From an uncultured Trueperaceae bacterium (GTDB lineage Bacteria > Deinococcota > Deinococci > Deinococcales > Trueperaceae), in assembly GCA_963799485.1 (NCBI GenBank), contig CAWCXJ010000006.1, positions 160,001 through 224,000 on the forward strand: a stretch of DNA of 64,000 bases, read 5' to 3'. Below the pieces are notes generated by a model that saw nothing but the letters and a program-made list of their open reading frames with translations, searched no databases and was not told where the DNA came from. Shown one piece after another: positions 60,312 to 64,000 of the stretch. The translations under genes were made by a program, and so were the position numbers. How positions within the stretch are numbered: position 1 is the first letter of the stretch; each line of letters opens with the position of its first letter.

Positions 60312-63278
60312 ATGTTTGGTTTTATCCAGAAAATGTTCGACAACAACGAAAGAGATGTTCGCCGCATCGAAAAAGATATCGTCGCAGCGGTCAATGCGCT
60401 CGAGCCCAAACTTAAAGACGTACACGACTTGGCTGCCGAGTACACCAAACTCAGAGAGCGTTACAAGGGTGGTGAAGGTGAAACCCTTACCGAGCTGATG
60501 CCCGAAGCGTTCGCCCTAGTCCGCGAGTCGGCGGTGCGTAACCTGGGCATCCGCCACTACGACGTACAGCTTATCGGCGGCGTGTCCTTGCACCAAGGCA
60601 AAATGGCCGAGATGAAAACGGGGGAGGGCAAAACGCTCGTCGCCACGCTCGCCTTGGCCTTAAACGCCATTCCCGGTCACGGCGCGCACTTAGTCACTGC
60701 CAACGACTACCTGGCGAGTACCGGGGCCGAGTGGATGGGGCCGGTCTACCGGGGTTTGGGTCTCACCGTCGGCGTGATTTCACACGACCTCAAACCCGAC
60801 CAGCGCCGCGCCGCGTATGGCTGCGACGTGACCTACATGACGAACTCGGAGCTCGGTTTCGACTACCTGCGCGACAATATGGCGTTTCGCCCCGAACAGC
60901 TTGTACTGCGCGAGGACGTCCCGCTGCACTACGCCATCATCGACGAGGTGGATTCGATTCTCATCGACGAGGCGCGCACCCCGCTGATTATCTCCGGCCC
61001 TGCCGAACTCGCCACCGATAAATACTACGTGATGGCGAAGATTGCCGGGACGATGGAACGCGGCGAACCCGCCGAAGGCGATAAACCTGCCACCGGCGAC
61101 TTTAGCGCCGACGAAAAGACCAAAGACATCCACCTGACTGAAAACGGCATCACCAAGGCCGAGAAAGCCTTGGGTGTCGACGACCTTTTCAGCGCCAAGA
61201 ATATGGAACTCGGGCACATGGTGCGGCAAGCGCTCCGCGCCCGGATGCACTACCACTTAGACAAACAGTATGTAAAGGACGAGGCTGGTCAGATCGTAAT
61301 TGTAGACGAGTTTACCGGGCGCTTGATGCCCGGTCGCCGCTTCGGTGAAGGGCTTCACCAGGCGATCGAGGCCAAAGAAGGCGTCAAGATCGAACGTGAG
61401 AACCAGACGCTCGCGACGATCACCTACCAGAACTTTTTCAAGCTTTACGGCAAAATTGCGGGGATGACCGGGACGGCGAAAACCGAAGAGAAAGAGTTTC
61501 AGGAAATTTACGCCACCGACGTCTTGACCATCCCTACGAACAAACCCGTTATCCGTAAAGACGCCGAAGATATCGTCTACCGCACCGAAGCGGGCAAATA
61601 CGGTGCGGTCGTCGCGGAGATCGAAGAGCTGCACAAGACCGGGCAGCCGATCCTGGTCGGCACTGTCACTATCGAAGCGTCCGAGCGGCTCTCGACGATG
61701 CTCAAGCGCAAAGGCATCAAGCACCAGGTCTTGAACGCCAAATATCACGAGCGTGAAGCGGAAATCGTCTCGCAGGCGGGGCGAAGCAGCGCCGTTACGA
61801 TTTCGACGAACATGGCCGGTCGCGGGACCGACATCGTCCTCGGGGGGAACCCCGAAGCGTTGGCCGGACAGCTTTTGGAGCGCCAGGGCACGAGCCGTTA
61901 CGACGAAAACGTCGAGTTGTTTATCAAGCTAGTCATGCGCGGCAAAACCGACGAAGCTCGAGAGATTGCCCGCGAAGTCGAAAGCTTACCCGAAGACATC
62001 ATCCCGACGTTGGAAAAACTGCGCGATGAGGCCAAAACCGACCATGAAAAGGTCGTCGGTTTAGGTGGGCTCCACATCATCGGCACGGAGCGTCACGAAT
62101 CGCGGCGTATCGATAATCAGCTGCGCGGGCGTTCGGGGCGGCAGGGTGACCCCGGCAGCAGCCGCTTTTACGTCTCGTTCGAAGACGACCTGATGCGGCT
62201 TTTTGCCAACGAGCGCGTGTTGGGCATGATGGACAGGCTCGGAATGGACGACGCGCAGCCCATCGAGGCGAAGATGGTCACAGGGGCCATCGAGCGGGCA
62301 CAAAAACGCGTCGAAGACCGCAACTTCGGCATTCGTAAACAGCTCTTGGAATTCGACAATGTGATGAGCAAGCAGCGTGAGGTGATCTACAAGCAGCGCC
62401 GCGACATTTTGCTCGGTACAGACATTTCCGACGACGTGCAAGACATGATCGCCGAATATGTGGACGCGCAGGTGCAGAACTACCTGAATAAAGAGCTCGA
62501 GGCCGAAGAGCAGGACATCGCCGCGCTGAGAACCGCCGTTATCGACGCCGTACCCGCGCTCGAGAACTTCGACTTTGAAACCCTTCGCGGCGTCGAACCC
62601 GACGAAGCGACCGATACGCTGGTACCTGAACTCGAGCACGCCTACAAAGCCCGTGAAGCCGAACTCGGCGCGCCGCTGATGCGCGAGTTGGAGCGCTACA
62701 TCGTCTTGCAAGTGGTCGATAACGACTGGAAAGAACAGCTGCACGCGATGGACGTGCTCCGTCAAGGTATCGGTCTGCGCGGCTACGGTCAGCGCAACCC
62801 GCTGCAAGAGTACGCGTTTGAAGCGTTTAACCTGTTTGAAGAGATGAAGGGCAACATCCGCCTGCAGGTTGCCAAACTGCTCTTCCGTGTGCAGGTGCAG
62901 CAGCAGGCTCCGGTGCCGCAGCAGCGTGCGCCGCAACCTGTCCGCTACGAAGCGCCCGCCGCCGCGGACGGCGACAGCAGCGTCAGCACGACCTACGCGG
63001 GGGCGTCCGGTGGGGCGGTGTCCGCGAGCCTCAGTGGCGGTACAACAGGCGGTACAAATGCTCGGCCCCGAGCCCAGGCTCGCCCTACCTCCCTGCCCGC
63101 AAGTCCCGGCAATCCCTTCGGGCCGCAGCGCGGGTCTCAACCGCAAGGCACCGCGCAAAAGACGTTGCCGCTTCAGGCCGACGTAAAAGTCGGTCGTAAC
63201 GACCCTTGTCCGTGCGGCAGCGGCAAAAAGTTCAAGCATTGTCACGGGCGCGAGGTCGGCGTCGGTGCGGCTGACTAG
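60312..63278 (+). CDS. secA: Protein translocase subunit SecA
   Basis: MKTGEGKT, DEVDSILIDEARTPL, TNMAGRGTDI, QLRGRSGRQGDPG, SEC-C motif CPCGSGKKFKHCH. Confidence 0.97.
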   Translation: MFGFIQKMFDNNERDVRRIEKDIVAAVNALEPKLKDVHDLAAEYTKLRERYKGGEGETLTELMPEAFALVRESAVRNLGIRHYDVQLIGGVSLHQGKMAEMKTGEGKTLVATLALALNAIPGHGAHLVTANDYLASTGAEWMGPVYRGLGLTVGVISHDLKPDQRRAAYGCDVTYMTNSELGFDYLRDNMAFRPEQLVLREDVPLHYAIIDEVDSILIDEARTPLIISGPAELATDKYYVMAKIAGTMERGEPAEGDKPATGDFSADEKTKDIHLTENGITKAEKALGVDDLFSAKNMELGHMVRQALRARMHYHLDKQYVKDEAGQIVIVDEFTGRLMPGRRFGEGLHQAIEAKEGVKIERENQTLATITYQNFFKLYGKIAGMTGTAKTEEKEFQEIYATDVLTIPTNKPVIRKDAEDIVYRTEAGKYGAVVAEIEELHKTGQPILVGTVTIEASERLSTMLKRKGIKHQVLNAKYHEREAEIVSQAGRSSAVTISTNMAGRGTDIVLGGNPEALAGQLLERQGTSRYDENVELFIKLVMRGKTDEAREIAREVESLPEDIIPTLEKLRDEAKTDHEKVVGLGGLHIIGTERHESRRIDNQLRGRSGRQGDPGSSRFYVSFEDDLMRLFANERVLGMMDRLGMDDAQPIEAKMVTGAIERAQKRVEDRNFGIRKQLLEFDNVMSKQREVIYKQRRDILLGTDISDDVQDMIAEYVDAQVQNYLNKELEAEEQDIAALRTAVIDAVPALENFDFETLRGVEPDEATDTLVPELEHAYKAREAELGAPLMRELERYIVLQVVDNDWKEQLHAMDVLRQGIGLRGYGQRNPLQEYAFEAFNLFEEMKGNIRLQVAKLLFRVQVQQQAPVPQQRAPQPVRYEAPAAADGDSSVSTTYAGASGGAVSASLSGGTTGGTNARPRAQARPTSLPASPGNPFGPQRGSQPQGTAQKTLPLQADVKVGRNDPCPCGSGKKFKHCHGREVGVGAAD

Positions 63279-63371
63279 CCGCGTAAGCCAAACGAATCCT
63301 GCCCGGGCCGAGTTTACTCGGTCCTTTTTGCTACCTGTAGCAATCCCATGTTTTACTGCTCCGGCCCATAG

Positions 63372-63499
63372 CTACAATGCCGGCTCATAGCCACAGTGAT
63401 TGAGAACTTGTTCGCAGGTAACGGCTTGGACCGCTTCACAGAAGGCTTGGGTAAGAGCATCCAGCGTTTCAGGGCGAAGCGCTTTGATAAAGCTTTGAT
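63372..63499 (-). mobile_element. Second IS630-family C-terminal remnant
   Basis: FIKALRPETLDALTQAFCEAVQAVT...HCGY; nucleotide similarity to 38480-38612. Confidence 0.75.
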
Positions 63500-63572
63500 T
63501 AAGGCGTGCTCGAGCGCCTTGTCCGCGTCGTCTTCCCACGCCAGTGCTTTGGCTTTACGCGCCAGCAATAAT

Positions 63573-63998
63573 CTAAAACCGAAACGCGTAAGAGCCTCTT
63601 GCCAACAGGGGCGGTACGCCGAAGTCGTTGGCGGGTGCCGCGCCCAGCTCGAGCCCCACCGCACCCGGCCCGAGCGCCGTTCCGAGGGCGAGGTTGGCGC
63701 GGTAGGGCGGTGCAGTTTTACGGTAGGGCTCGGCGGCGACTTCGGCGCGGTAAGAAAATCTCCCGGTTTCACCCGAGACGCTGCCCCGAAAACCGGGCCG
63801 GACACCTTCACCACTCGAGCCCAGCAGCAGCGCGCCGGTCAGGGGCGGCAAACCCCGGCGGTTGAGCTGATATTCGGCTCCCAGCGCAGTAAAGGCACGC
63901 CCGTCACCCGGCCCGGTATGGGCCTCCAAGAGCACTACCGCGTTGTCACGTTCTATCAGGCGGCGCAGCTGTAGCCGCGTGTCGAGGCCGATTCCGAG
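63573..63998 (-). CDS. Hypothetical protein, possible outer-membrane beta-barrel (partial, runs off window end)
   Basis: Open frame to the edge; alternating amphipathic strands; ends ...ARGSYAFRF with terminal Phe. Confidence 0.55.
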   Translation of the reverse strand, partial: LGIGLDTRLQLRRLIERDNAVVLLEAHTGPGDGRAFTALGAEYQLNRRGLPPLTGALLLGSSGEGVRPGFRGSVSGETGRFSYRAEVAAEPYRKTAPPYRANLALGTALGPGAVGLELGAAPANDFGVPPLLARGSYAFRF

Positions 63999-64000
63999 CC

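Noticed and set aside
62061..63245. Long antisense ORFs (394 aa here; also 18384-19283, 25801-26769, 41878-42639, 31654-32403)
   Set aside because: They lie opposite well-supported genes, as expected from GC-rich codon bias, and have no recognisable motifs.
63396..63974. 192-aa plus-strand ORF
   Set aside because: Antisense to the IS630 remnant and the minus-strand gene; composition is not protein-like.

Overview
A GC-rich bacterial chromosomal segment. Deinococcota, probably Truepera-like, is inferred from LysK, a second non-discriminating AspRS, recF-DUF721 and many leaderless genes. Most of it is housekeeping and metabolic genes (recN, gatA, hup, pta-ackA, lysK, truD, tRNA-Asp, dxs, gpmI, recF, aspS, tdk, secA). 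These are interspersed with accessory modules: sulfatase fragments with an AT-rich lipoprotein insert, marR-doxX-VOC, eboC-eboF, a GGDEF-EAL protein, an AraC/AKR/EamA island and IS630/IS701/IS481 remnants. The most interesting signals are regulatory. (1) A leaderless 15-aa Asp/Asn-rich leader peptide (MNPRRFDDDNWWYGA) with mutually exclusive antiterminator and terminator hairpins sits in front of the non-discriminating aspS; it is a candidate Asp/Asn-tRNA-sensing ribosomal attenuator. (2) A c-di-GMP-II riboswitch precedes a large surface lipoprotein. (3) A uORF-plus-terminator leader precedes a zinc-ribbon gene. Also notable are a B12 mutase with isobutyryl-CoA-mutase specificity residues, a 21-bp direct repeat flanking a 4.8-kb island, strong over-representation of CTCGAG and many 11-18 bp tandem duplications. 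All calls come from reading the sequence; no searches or folding programs were run.
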